A DNA stretch of 64,000 bases from positions 42,243 to 106,242 of the forward strand of contig JACQWM010000004.1 of assembly GCA_016209275.1 (NCBI GenBank). Direction: 5' to 3'. The position numbers and the translations under genes were made by a program. Source of the stretch: Candidatus Omnitrophota bacterium. GTDB taxonomy: Bacteria; Omnitrophota; Gorgyraeia; Aquiviventales; Aquiviventaceae. Under the pieces are notes generated by a model. That model worked only from the letters and a program-made list of their open reading frames with translations, had not been told where the DNA came from and searched no databases. Position 1 is the stretch's first letter, and the number at the start of each line of letters is the position of its first letter. This document shows positions 28,134 through 37,316 of this stretch, in pieces.

Positions 28134-30211
28134 CATATTTCGTTGAACATTTGACGTTTCGAACATGGGGTGTTGCCATGCTGCCTCGGCTGCTCATGGC
28201 GCGGCTGCGAGGACAGCGCAGGCCGGTGCGCTGCTACGTGATTGAAGGATCGCGGCTCGCACTGCAGGCGGCTCGCGTCACTGGGCGCCTGATCGGTATC
28301 ACGCCGGAGCGGCTTCAATTCCGCCTCATGGAGATTCGCGATGACGCCGGGCTGTCGATCCGCGTGCGGCTGGCCTATCGAGATTTGGCCGAGGTGCAAG
28401 CCGATGCGATGCGCGAGCCGGATTTCATTGCGTGCCAACAGCGCGCTCAAGGGACGGATCGCTTGCTGCCCTACCTGGCCAAGGGGTTGGCGGCCATTGA
28501 TCGGGCCGAGCGGGGAACCCTCTGGCGAAGGATGCTCACCACTCAGATCTGCGCGCGGCATATTTCCAGCGATGGGCAATCTCACGAGACACCGGTCGTG
28601 GTGATGGAGCGGCAGCCGTGGCATGGCGCGATTGAGCGCTATGCCAATCGGCACGGGCTTCGCGTCATTCCGGTTACCGCCGGCTGGGATCTCAATCGGC
28701 GGCTGCGCCGCCTGGCGCGCCGGCTCATCGATCGCATTCCTCGACCGCGGCCAACACAGGCGGTGACTGCCGGCCGAGTCGCCCCAACAGCTCGGCCGCG
28801 GATCGGGCTAACCTTCTATGGCCAGTTGAACCTGAAGCATCCGGGGCGCTACTCGGATCTGTTTTTCCTGCAGCAGTCCGCGATCCGCGGCAGCGACACG
28901 GTCCTGTTCTTTGAGTTTCCGCAGGATCCGCTTGATATGAAGAAGGCGGCTGAGTTGGCCGAGGAGGGCATTGAGGCGGTGGTGCTCAATCCGCGCGCGG
29001 CCACACTCCCCAAGGCGCGCGTGTGGAGTCCAAGACGGCGTGTGAGCGTGAAACAGCCTCGGGGGCGCAGCTGCGAGTCAGCATGGCTGGCGGAGCAAGC
29101 CGAGTCCTATCACGCGCTGCGGGCGTCGTGGCGCGAACTGTGCGCAGCACACCGCGTGAAGATCTACCTGACCTGGTACAAATATGACGGGGTCCATGCG
29201 GCGATCGCGGATGCGCTGCGGGATCTTGGCGGCATCCTCGCGGTCTATCAGCGGGCGTATGAAGGTCTTGCCTCGGCAGAGACGACGGTGAATGCTGATA
29301 TCATGTTCGGTTTCTCCACGATGGGTGCGGAGGTGGAGCAGCGCTCCGGCTCGACGATCGCCTACCATGTCACGACCGGCTACGTCGGCGATCATCGCGT
29401 TTCCCTGTGGCGCGGAGAGGCGATGAAGATCCGGCAGTCGCTGCAACAGCGCGGGGCGCGGCAGATCCTCGCCTTCGCCGATGAATCGACGAAAGATGAC
29501 GCGCGGTGGGCTCCTGGGCATCCGCAGGCCCAGCGCGACTATGCCTTTCTGCTTGAGCGCGTGCTGAATGAGCCGTGGCTTGGATTGGTGGTCAAGCCGA
29601 AGCGGCCGGTGAAGCTGCGGCCGCGGCTTGGGGCCATCGCCCAGCTCTTAGCGCGCGCCGAGGCCACGGGTCGCTGCATCGTGCTCGAAGGAGGGATTCT
29701 TCACGGCTCGGTTCCGCCGGCCGCCGCGGCACTGGCCGCCGATGTGATGATCCACGGCCACCTCTATGCCGCCACCGCCGGGGTGGAGTCTGCCTTAGCC
29801 GGCGTGCCCACGCTGTTGCTTGATCACGAGGGGTGGGCGGCAAGCCCCTTGTATCGATTAGGCGTGGGGCAGGTGGTGTTTCATGACTGGGAGTCCTTGT
29901 GGAAGCGGTGCCGTGAGCACTGGCATCAGCCGGGTGGTGTGCCGGGATTTGGCGACTGGTCTTCGATGCTTGATGAGCTGGATCCGTTTCGAGACGGCCG
30001 GGCGGCCGAGCGGCTGAGCACGTATCTTCAGTGGCTGCTCGAAGGATTTGCCGCCGGAGCCAGCCGCGAGACGGTCATGGCTGATGCCGCGCAGCGCTAT
30101 GCCTTGCAATGGGGCCACGAGATGGTGACCTCTGTTAACGCGGCCGGCTCAATTCGATATCAGATATCAAACCGCGGTTTGATATCTGATATCGCCTTGC
30201 AGGCGAGATGA
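28130..30211 (+). CDS. Large hypothetical protein (~693 aa), possible GT-B/capsule-synthesis-like transferase
   Basis: No canonical motifs. The C-terminal Rossmann-like segment resembles GT-B or CDP-glycerol transferase folds. ATGA coupling with the upstream DegT. Confidence 0.4.
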   Translation: MTYFVEHLTFRTWGVAMLPRLLMARLRGQRRPVRCYVIEGSRLALQAARVTGRLIGITPERLQFRLMEIRDDAGLSIRVRLAYRDLAEVQADAMREPDFIACQQRAQGTDRLLPYLAKGLAAIDRAERGTLWRRMLTTQICARHISSDGQSHETPVVVMERQPWHGAIERYANRHGLRVIPVTAGWDLNRRLRRLARRLIDRIPRPRPTQAVTAGRVAPTARPRIGLTFYGQLNLKHPGRYSDLFFLQQSAIRGSDTVLFFEFPQDPLDMKKAAELAEEGIEAVVLNPRAATLPKARVWSPRRRVSVKQPRGRSCESAWLAEQAESYHALRASWRELCAAHRVKIYLTWYKYDGVHAAIADALRDLGGILAVYQRAYEGLASAETTVNADIMFGFSTMGAEVEQRSGSTIAYHVTTGYVGDHRVSLWRGEAMKIRQSLQQRGARQILAFADESTKDDARWAPGHPQAQRDYAFLLERVLNEPWLGLVVKPKRPVKLRPRLGAIAQLLARAEATGRCIVLEGGILHGSVPPAAAALAADVMIHGHLYAATAGVESALAGVPTLLLDHEGWAASPLYRLGVGQVVFHDWESLWKRCREHWHQPGGVPGFGDWSSMLDELDPFRDGRAAERLSTYLQWLLEGFAAGASRETVMADAAQRYALQWGHEMVTSVNAAGSIRYQISNRGLISDIALQAR
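30155..30194. repeat. Perfect 40-bp palindrome CGATATCAGATATCAAACCG|CGGTTTGATATCTGATATCG
   Basis: Read directly from the sequence. Lies in the last codons of the 28130-30211 gene, 14 nt before the next ATG. Confidence 0.9.
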
Positions 30212-32322
30212 CGCAGCAGCGGCGCGGGGCGGTTTTTTTGGATCGCGATGGCACCATCGCGCGATACCGCGAGTACTGCCGATCGCCTGAGGAGTTTGAT
30301 CTGCTGCCTGGGGTGGGCGAGGCGATCCGCAAACTGAATGACGCGAACGTGCCGGTGGTGGTGATGACGAATCAGTCCGCGGTCGGCCGAGGATGGCTCA
30401 CGATGGAGACGTTGTCCTCGATCCATGAAAAGATGCAGCAGGAGCTGGCTCGCGTCGGCGCGCGGATCGATGCGATTTATGTCTGCCCGCATCATCCGGA
30501 TGACGGCTGTGCGTGCCGAAAACCTGGAACGCACATGCTGACCAAGGCGGCGGATGAGCTGGGGCTCTCACTGACTGAGTCGTATGTGATCGGCGATCGA
30601 TGGCAGGATGTCCAAACCGGCCGCGGGGCCGGCAGCCGGGCGATCCTTGTCAAGAGCGGTCATCCGGCTGAGCCGGCCAATGGGACCACGGCAGATTATG
30701 AAGCCCCAACACTTGGCGACGCGGTTGATTGGCTCTTGCAGCAGCGCCAGCAGCAGACCGCCTCGGCTCAGACCGACTGGTCCACGCGGTACCGCGCGTT
30801 AGCCGAGCGACTCTATGAAGTTCGTCGAGCGTGCCCGCGGTTTGCGGTCTTGGGCACGTCCACGCTGCACCCGCGGCATTCGCTGCCTGCGGATCAGGTG
30901 GAGCTGGCGGATCGGCCACAAGAAGACGCGCCTTGGCCGATTCCCTCATGGCCGCGGATCATCACCCACGCCCTGAAATTGGCCGTCTACGCGGCACAAG
31001 AAACAGCCAATCTCGTGTGGATTTCCTGGCATGGCCGAGGCATGTTGCGCCGCCTGTCGCAGCAGCCAGCCACCGTGGTGATGAAGACCTGGTGTTTTGG
31101 TCCGCAGTCGTTTGATGCCGCGCGTGACTTTTATTACGGCACCGTACCGCATCAGCTGCAGGCGAAAGGGATCTCCACGGTCGTGTTGTGCGGCGACACC
31201 CGAGAGCGATGCGACCTCGCCTTCCTCACAGCATTCTTGCGGGAGGGCGCGGTTCGCTACGTGCCCGAATGGCTGTTGCTGCCCTGGTGGGCGCCGATGA
31301 TCACCCTGTGCCGGCAGCTTTGGGGAGCGTTGTCGTTGCGCCGCGTGGCACAACGAGCCGCCTCTTCGTCGTTGGCCGCCGTGGCTGCGACGGCCTGCGT
31401 GAATGCTTTGACACCAATTACCATGCGTAATCTGCTGCAATATCACATCGCGCGGGCGGCCGTGAAACGATGGAACGCCGGCGCGTTTGTCACGTTGTAC
31501 GAAGGACAACCCTGGGAACAACCGGCGTGGCATGGAGCCAGAGCCGCGAATCCCTCATGCCGCCTCGTCGGCTATCAGCACACCGTCATCATGCCGCATT
31601 CCTTGGCTGTCCGCCGCCCCCAGTCGATTGGGAAAGAAATTGCAGCACCCGACATCGTCCTGTGCCTTGGAGAAACCACTCGGCGAATGATCGCCCCAGG
31701 ACATCAGCCGCACGGCAATCGCCTCATCACGTTTGGCACATGCCGGCGGCCAGCTTCCCGCGGTTCGGCTCGCGGCCCGCGGCCGGATCTTCGGACGGTC
31801 CTCGTCTTGCCTGAGGGGTTCCAGAGCGAGGCGCGCCTGCTCTTTCGTTTCGCCATGAACGTCGCAGCGATCATGCCAGACCACAGGTTCATTTTCCGCT
31901 CGCACCCAGTGCTGCCGTTTTCTCAAGTCCGGCCGCATCTTCAGCGCGATCCAGCACAGATGACCAATATCGAGATTTCAACGCGCAAGACGATCGAAGA
32001 AGATTTCAGCCGGGCTTCCGTCGTGCTGTACCGAGGATCCTCGACGGTCTTATATGCGGTGCTGCACGGTGTGAAGCCGATCTACGTGCATGACGCGGCA
32101 GCCCCTGATGTGGATCCATTGTTTGAGCTCAGCGCGTGGCGTGAGGGGGTCGAGGCGGCCACCCAGGCGCATGATCGGCTCGCGGCGTATGCCACCGGTG
32201 CCGTGCCGTCAGCGGCCGCCGAATGGCTATCGGCCGCCGCCTATGTCGATCAGTACGTGATACCGGTGGATGAGGCGGCGATTGATCGGTTCATTGACGC
32301 CTTCCGCGGAGCAAGGACGTGA
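30208..32322 (+). CDS. GmhB-like HAD-IIIA phosphatase domain fused to a ~520-aa uncharacterised C-terminal domain
   Basis: N-terminus VFLDRDGTI...VMTNQSAVGRG...AIYVCPHHPDDGCACRKPG (second GmhB signature in the window). The remainder is unrecognised but ends in a GT-B-like Rossmann segment. Confidence 0.55.
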   Translation: MTQQRRGAVFLDRDGTIARYREYCRSPEEFDLLPGVGEAIRKLNDANVPVVVMTNQSAVGRGWLTMETLSSIHEKMQQELARVGARIDAIYVCPHHPDDGCACRKPGTHMLTKAADELGLSLTESYVIGDRWQDVQTGRGAGSRAILVKSGHPAEPANGTTADYEAPTLGDAVDWLLQQRQQQTASAQTDWSTRYRALAERLYEVRRACPRFAVLGTSTLHPRHSLPADQVELADRPQEDAPWPIPSWPRIITHALKLAVYAAQETANLVWISWHGRGMLRRLSQQPATVVMKTWCFGPQSFDAARDFYYGTVPHQLQAKGISTVVLCGDTRERCDLAFLTAFLREGAVRYVPEWLLLPWWAPMITLCRQLWGALSLRRVAQRAASSSLAAVAATACVNALTPITMRNLLQYHIARAAVKRWNAGAFVTLYEGQPWEQPAWHGARAANPSCRLVGYQHTVIMPHSLAVRRPQSIGKEIAAPDIVLCLGETTRRMIAPGHQPHGNRLITFGTCRRPASRGSARGPRPDLRTVLVLPEGFQSEARLLFRFAMNVAAIMPDHRFIFRSHPVLPFSQVRPHLQRDPAQMTNIEISTRKTIEEDFSRASVVLYRGSSTVLYAVLHGVKPIYVHDAAAPDVDPLFELSAWREGVEAATQAHDRLAAYATGAVPSAAAEWLSAAAYVDQYVIPVDEAAIDRFIDAFRGART

Positions 32323-33356
32323 TGCGGTGCATCATTTTCGGCTATGGCTACATGGGGAAAATCCGCTATGAGGTCTTGCGCCGCCATCCGAAGGTGCGCT
32401 CGATCGTCGTCGTCGATCCAGCGCTGAACGCTGCATCGGTGTCAGGGCTGGGCGTGGTGGCCCTGCCTGAGGGTGCGCCGATTCCGTGGGAGACATGCGA
32501 TGCGGCGTTTATCTGCACGCCCAATCATGCGACGGCGGATCTGTGTATCGAGAGTCTCCGACGGTGCGGGCGAGTGTTCTGCGAAAAGCCTCCCGGCCGC
32601 CACTGGGATGATTTTTCACGGATCGCCGAGGCTGCGGCCCGCATTCCGGATCACACACTGGTCTTTGGCTTCAACCACCGGCTGCATCCTTCGGTGCAAG
32701 CGGCCAAGGCGCTCGTGGGGCCAGGGGGGTTGGGCGAGATTCTCTATGTCAAAGGCACCTACGGCAAGTCCGGAGGGCTTCGCTTCCGCGAGAACTGGCG
32801 CAGCAATCTTGAGCTTGCCGGCGGCGGCATTCTGCTGGATCAAGGCATCCACATGCTGGATGTGTTTCATCTGTTCCTCGATGGTCCGCTGACCGTGGTC
32901 GATGCGGTCCTGGCCAACGCGTTTTGGGGTGTGGGCGGCGAGGATAATGCGTTCGTGCTGATGCGCTCAGCCCAGGGGATTCCGGCATTCCTGCATTCCT
33001 CGGCGACGCTGTGGAAGCATACGTTCCGCATCGAAATCGGGTGCCGCGATGGCTATCTCGTGGCCAGCGGGTTGCTGTCGCAGACCGGAAGCTACGGCCG
33101 GGAGCAGTTGGTGATCGGCAAACGGCAGTTCGAGGATGAGGCGATGGCGCTGGGCAATCCGCGCGAGGAAATTATTTATTTCGACCGCGATGAGTCATGG
33201 GAAAAAGAAGTGAATGAATTTCTTGATGCGGCCATTCAGCGTCGCCCGGCGACCCACGGCACGCTGGAGGATGCGCGGCGCGCCATGCAAGTCGTGCGCG
33301 ACGCGTATGCGCTTGCCGAAGGGCAACGCGCGAAAGGACACGTCTCATGCGACTGA
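32322..33356 (+). CDS. Gfo/Idh/MocA-family oxidoreductase
   Basis: CIIFGYGYMGK...FCEKPP canonical motifs. Confidence 0.7.
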   Translation: MRCIIFGYGYMGKIRYEVLRRHPKVRSIVVVDPALNAASVSGLGVVALPEGAPIPWETCDAAFICTPNHATADLCIESLRRCGRVFCEKPPGRHWDDFSRIAEAAARIPDHTLVFGFNHRLHPSVQAAKALVGPGGLGEILYVKGTYGKSGGLRFRENWRSNLELAGGGILLDQGIHMLDVFHLFLDGPLTVVDAVLANAFWGVGGEDNAFVLMRSAQGIPAFLHSSATLWKHTFRIEIGCRDGYLVASGLLSQTGSYGREQLVIGKRQFEDEAMALGNPREEIIYFDRDESWEKEVNEFLDAAIQRRPATHGTLEDARRAMQVVRDAYALAEGQRAKGHVSCD

Positions 33357-34330
33357 TTCAAACGAGCACCACCGTGCCGCTCTCATCCGTCAAGCCGCTT
33401 GAGGAGGTTTTCCAGTATCGAGCGTTTTGCCTTGAGGCCACGCGCCGAGCGTTGGCCGCAGGGCCGACCACGGTGCGAGCGCGCTCGCCAGTCAGCAACG
33501 CACGGCTTGAGCCGTGGGAAGCGATCGAGGGGCTGCCGTACTCGCGGTGTCCTGACTCCGGCAGCCTGTTGCTGTCACGACTCCCTGCGGATTCCGCGCG
33601 ATGGGCCGAGCTGTTGCGCGAGGTGAGCCGGCACCGCGTGTCATCCCGCGGTTTTTATCCCGGGCTCGCGCAATCGCGCGCCGATCATGTCCACGCGCCC
33701 AAGGTCGAGTGGATGCTCGAGACGATGCGGCTGCACGGCCTGGACCGGCCACGGGTCCTGGAAGTCACGACACCGCCGAGCGCGATCAGCGCGCTGTTAC
33801 AGGCCAGCGGCCGATTTTCAGACCTGCTCGTTGAGGATGAAATGGCGCTCGCCCATGAGCGCACGCCTCGTCCCTCGGCGGATCAGGTCGAGGCGGCGAT
33901 GCTCTGCGAGTCGCTCGATCGGGTGGATGATCCCGCGGCCTTGCTGCGCGCGGTGGCTGGCCGCTTGGTGGATGGCGGATTGCTGTTTGTGACAGCGCTG
34001 GTCGCCTCCGGATTTGACCTGGCGGTCTTGGGGTGCCGCAGCGCCTACCTCTATCCTCCGGATCGCGCCAACTGCTTTAGCCTGCGAGGGCTCTCCTTGC
34101 TGCTGGAGCGCTCGGGGTTTGCGCTGCAAGAGGTGAGCACGCCCGGCATGCTTGATGTGGAGATCATCCAGGCCCATCTGCAGCACGAGGCGTCCTTACC
34201 GCTATCGGTCTTCGAGCGGCAGCTGGTCACGGCGGATCACGAGACGCAGCGCGCGTTTCAAACATTTTTGCAGCAGCAGGCGCTGAGCTCCTTTGCCCGT
34301 CTGGTTGGCCGGAAACATTCGGAGGGTTGA
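33347..34330 (+). CDS. Hypothetical protein, degenerate methyltransferase-like fold
   Basis: RVLEVTT...LCESLDRVDDPAALLRAV...GGLLFV resembles a class I MTase without an intact glycine motif. Confidence 0.3.
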   Translation: MRLIQTSTTVPLSSVKPLEEVFQYRAFCLEATRRALAAGPTTVRARSPVSNARLEPWEAIEGLPYSRCPDSGSLLLSRLPADSARWAELLREVSRHRVSSRGFYPGLAQSRADHVHAPKVEWMLETMRLHGLDRPRVLEVTTPPSAISALLQASGRFSDLLVEDEMALAHERTPRPSADQVEAAMLCESLDRVDDPAALLRAVAGRLVDGGLLFVTALVASGFDLAVLGCRSAYLYPPDRANCFSLRGLSLLLERSGFALQEVSTPGMLDVEIIQAHLQHEASLPLSVFERQLVTADHETQRAFQTFLQQQALSSFARLVGRKHSEG

Positions 34331-34959
34331 TGATCCCAGAGACGTTTTTAACTCGATATTTTGAAGAGGCCTCACACGTTGCGCGCGCGCTCGACGTGGA
34401 AGTGGTCGACCGCATGGTGCAGCGCCTGGTCAAGCTTCGCGATGAGGGCGGTCGGTTGTTTCTCTGCGGGGTCGGCGGGGGGGCTGGCAACTGCAGCCAT
34501 GCGGTCAATGATTTCAGGAAGCTGGCCGGCATCGAAGCGTATTCGCCGGTGGACAATGTGTCTGAATTAACCGCGCGCGCCAACGATGAGGGATGGGACA
34601 CGGTGTTTGCCGGCTGGCTGCGGGGCAGCCGCGCTGGAGCGCGCGATGTGCTCTTGGTGTTCTCCGTGGGCGGTGGCGATCGCAAGCGCAACATCAGTGC
34701 GAATCTGGTGGCGGCCATCGATGAAGCCAAAGCCCGCGGCATGGATGTGCTGGGCATTGTCGGGCGAGACGGCGGCTACACCAAGCAGCGCGGCGATATC
34801 GTGCTCGTCATTCCGACGGTGAATCCCCAGTCGATTACGCCGCACACCGAAGCGTTTCAGGCGGTGGTGTGGCATGGGATCGTGTGCGATCCTCGCCTGA
34901 TGGCCCACAGCAACACGTGGGAGCGTCTGGCCTCGGACCAGGAGGCCGTGAAGGTCTGA
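34330..34959 (+). CDS. gmhA: Phosphoheptose (sedoheptulose-7-phosphate) isomerase GmhA (SIS domain)
   Basis: LFLCGVGGGAGNCSHAVNDF...VLLVFSVGGG SIS motifs. ~210 aa. Confidence 0.75.
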   Translation: MIPETFLTRYFEEASHVARALDVEVVDRMVQRLVKLRDEGGRLFLCGVGGGAGNCSHAVNDFRKLAGIEAYSPVDNVSELTARANDEGWDTVFAGWLRGSRAGARDVLLVFSVGGGDRKRNISANLVAAIDEAKARGMDVLGIVGRDGGYTKQRGDIVLVIPTVNPQSITPHTEAFQAVVWHGIVCDPRLMAHSNTWERLASDQEAVKV

Positions 34960-35687
34960 TGAAGCTTGCGGCTCTCATCCCGCGCCGGCGCGGACTCTCC
35001 AAGGCCCAATTACAGCAGCGGGCGGCGCTGAATCAGCTGCAGCGGTTCGAGGCAGTCCTCAACCGCCATCGCCGGTCCCTCAAGGACTGCACGACCATTC
35101 TGGAGTTCGGCTGCGGCCATGGGCGGCTGCTGAAGCCGGTGGCGGATTTCGTTCCGGGTGCTTCCATTGCCGGGTGCGATGTGCTGAACAAGGCGGTCGC
35201 CGTCTGCCGACGGAAGTTTCCTCAGGGACGCTTTGTGACCAATGGCGCGCTGCCGCCGCTGGCGTTCGCGGATGGATCGTTTGACTTGATGTATTCCTAC
35301 AGCGTCTTCACGCATCTGCCGGAAGCGCATCATCGCGCCTGGTTGAAGGAGCTCGCCCGCGTGCTGCGCCCCGGCGGGGTGATGCTGCATACGATTCACT
35401 CGCATGAGTTTCTCCGGCGGGCATCGCGTTTCAGCCCGGAATCGCTGGTGAAGTACGCATTACCGCAGCCGGTCGATGCGTTGATCCGCTCAGGCACAGG
35501 CTATACCTATACCATGGATGATCCCACACAGCCAGCCTACGGGCTGGCGATTATCAGCCCAGCGTACGTGGCGGCGCACTGGCCAAAGGTGAGCGGGCTC
35601 ACACTGCTCGATCATGTCGAGGGGGCCATTGAAGCCTACCCAGAAGGCTGCCAGGACATTGTCCTGTTGCTGAAAGCTCCGCAATGA
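34959..35687 (+). CDS. Class I SAM-dependent methyltransferase
   Basis: ILEFGCGHGRLL motif I and DLMYSYSVFTHL. TGATG coupling. Confidence 0.65.
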   Translation: MKLAALIPRRRGLSKAQLQQRAALNQLQRFEAVLNRHRRSLKDCTTILEFGCGHGRLLKPVADFVPGASIAGCDVLNKAVAVCRRKFPQGRFVTNGALPPLAFADGSFDLMYSYSVFTHLPEAHHRAWLKELARVLRPGGVMLHTIHSHEFLRRASRFSPESLVKYALPQPVDALIRSGTGYTYTMDDPTQPAYGLAIISPAYVAAHWPKVSGLTLLDHVEGAIEAYPEGCQDIVLLLKAPQ

Positions 35688-36076
35688 CGCGTCGACCGAA
35701 TCAAGAACGCTCCTTTGGCTATTCCGTGGGGATCGTGTGCGCGCTGCTTGCCGGGTTTCAGGTGTGGCGCGCGCGGCCACTCGCCGCGAGTGTCTTTAGC
35801 GTCCTCGCGATCGTGTTGATCGCCGCCGCATGGCTGCGGCCGATGCTCTTGCGTTGGCCGAGCGCATGGTGGTGGACGATGGCTCACGCGTTGGGATGGT
35901 TCAACGCGCGCGTGCTGCTGTCGGTGATGTTTTATATCATCCTGACACCGCTGGGGATTCTCCTGCGCTTTGTTCGGTGGGACCCGCTGTGTGTGCGTTC
36001 TCCGCGGCGGTCCAGCGGGTGGGTGCCGTATCCCGAAGGCCATCGGAGCCCGAAGCATTATGAACGCCTGTATTGA
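35684..36076 (+). CDS. SxtJ-like small membrane protein (carbamoyltransferase-associated)
   Basis: 130 aa with three predicted TM helices. This family typically sits next to NodU/CmcH carbamoyltransferases. Confidence 0.45.
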   Translation: MTRRPNQERSFGYSVGIVCALLAGFQVWRARPLAASVFSVLAIVLIAAAWLRPMLLRWPSAWWWTMAHALGWFNARVLLSVMFYIILTPLGILLRFVRWDPLCVRSPRRSSGWVPYPEGHRSPKHYERLY

Positions 36077-36082
36077 TCGCCC

Positions 36083-37147
36083 ATGATGACGAAGACGCGC
36101 TTTCTGAAGTTTGCGGTTGCGACGGTGATGATCTCCACGGTCCTGATCGTCGGCGCGCTCCTCGGGCTTGATCTGTGGTACCACAAACGGTTCGAAAAGG
36201 TCGCCGGAATGAACTGGCGGGGCTATCGCGGCCCGGTCGTCCATCGAAAACTCCCCGGGGAGCAGCGCGTCGCCGTCCTCGGAGGCAGCACGGCCTTTTG
36301 CTTCGGGGTCTCGGGCGCCGAGGCCTGGCCTGCGGCGCTGGAGCGGTCTGTGAATGCGCAGCGGCGAGCGCGCCACCAAGGGCCGGTGAGCATCGTCAAC
36401 TTGGGAGCATTGCATGTCGGCGCCTACTCATTTACCGACACCCTGCGCGATTACGCGTCGCTGGACTACGATGTGGCGCTCTTCTACACCGGCTACAACG
36501 ATCTGGGTGCGCCGAACATCCGAAATATTCGGCGGGAGTCGCCGCTCTTCCGGCTCACCGGCTATTACCCGATCCTGCCGCTCGTCGTCAAAGAAAAGCT
36601 GATGGCCCTTCGCTACGGAGGCAACTTGGAGGCCGCGTATCTCGCCGAGCAGGGCAAGCGCCCGACCTTCCGCCCGAATTATACGCAGGTGCAATCCTCC
36701 GAGGGTGCGCAGGCGGTGGCCGCCGTCAAGAAAGCGCTGCTCGAGTTTCCTGAAGAGGATCTGGTCGTGCACGGCGACCTGTCGCGCGCGCTGGGGGCGG
36801 TGAATGCCCAGCAGGTGCAGCTCGCCGCGGAGGGCTGCGGAGATCTGTGGGCCTTCTACTGTTGGTCGCTGGAGCGGGCGGTGAGCGTGGCACTCGATGA
36901 TGGCAAGACCGTGATGGTCGTCACGCAGCCGTATCTGTCTCCGCGCCATATCCAGCAGCAACAGGTGATGACGCGCCGGCTTCAGGAGCGATGGAAGGAT
37001 GATCCGCGCATTCAGTATGTCAACGTGGGGCAGACGGCGGATCTTCGGGATCCAGCGCTCTGTTTTGACGGCATCCACCTGACGGTGCAGGGCAACCAGC
37101 GGATCGCCGAAGCCCTAGTCGATCCGTTATTGCAGCGGCTTGATTGA
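36083..37147 (+). CDS. Membrane-anchored SGNH/GDSL-like hydrolase
   Basis: N-terminal TM helix, VAVLGGSTAFCFG (a GDS-like block I) and a later YTGYNDL block. Confidence 0.5.
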   Translation: MMTKTRFLKFAVATVMISTVLIVGALLGLDLWYHKRFEKVAGMNWRGYRGPVVHRKLPGEQRVAVLGGSTAFCFGVSGAEAWPAALERSVNAQRRARHQGPVSIVNLGALHVGAYSFTDTLRDYASLDYDVALFYTGYNDLGAPNIRNIRRESPLFRLTGYYPILPLVVKEKLMALRYGGNLEAAYLAEQGKRPTFRPNYTQVQSSEGAQAVAAVKKALLEFPEEDLVVHGDLSRALGAVNAQQVQLAAEGCGDLWAFYCWSLERAVSVALDDGKTVMVVTQPYLSPRHIQQQQVMTRRLQERWKDDPRIQYVNVGQTADLRDPALCFDGIHLTVQGNQRIAEALVDPLLQRLD

Positions 37148-37154
37148 GAGGGGC

Positions 37155-37316
37155 ATGATGAGCAAAGGACGCGTCCTTCGGGAATTTTGGCAGTTCCTCT
37201 GGCAAGAAAAAAAGTTCTGGCTGATTCCGATTGTGGTGGTGCTGGTCCTCTTCGGCGCGCTGCTGGTCTTTTCGCAAAGCAGCGCGGTGGCCCCCTTTAT
37301 CTACACGCTGTTTTGA
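37155..37316 (+). CDS. SxtK-like small membrane protein (53 aa; not in the supplied ORF track)
   Basis: MMSKGRVLREFWQFLWQEKKFWLIPIVVVLVLFGALLVFSQSSAVAPFIYTLF. Its stop overlaps the carbamoyltransferase ATG (TGATG). Confidence 0.45.
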   Translation: MMSKGRVLREFWQFLWQEKKFWLIPIVVVLVLFGALLVFSQSSAVAPFIYTLF

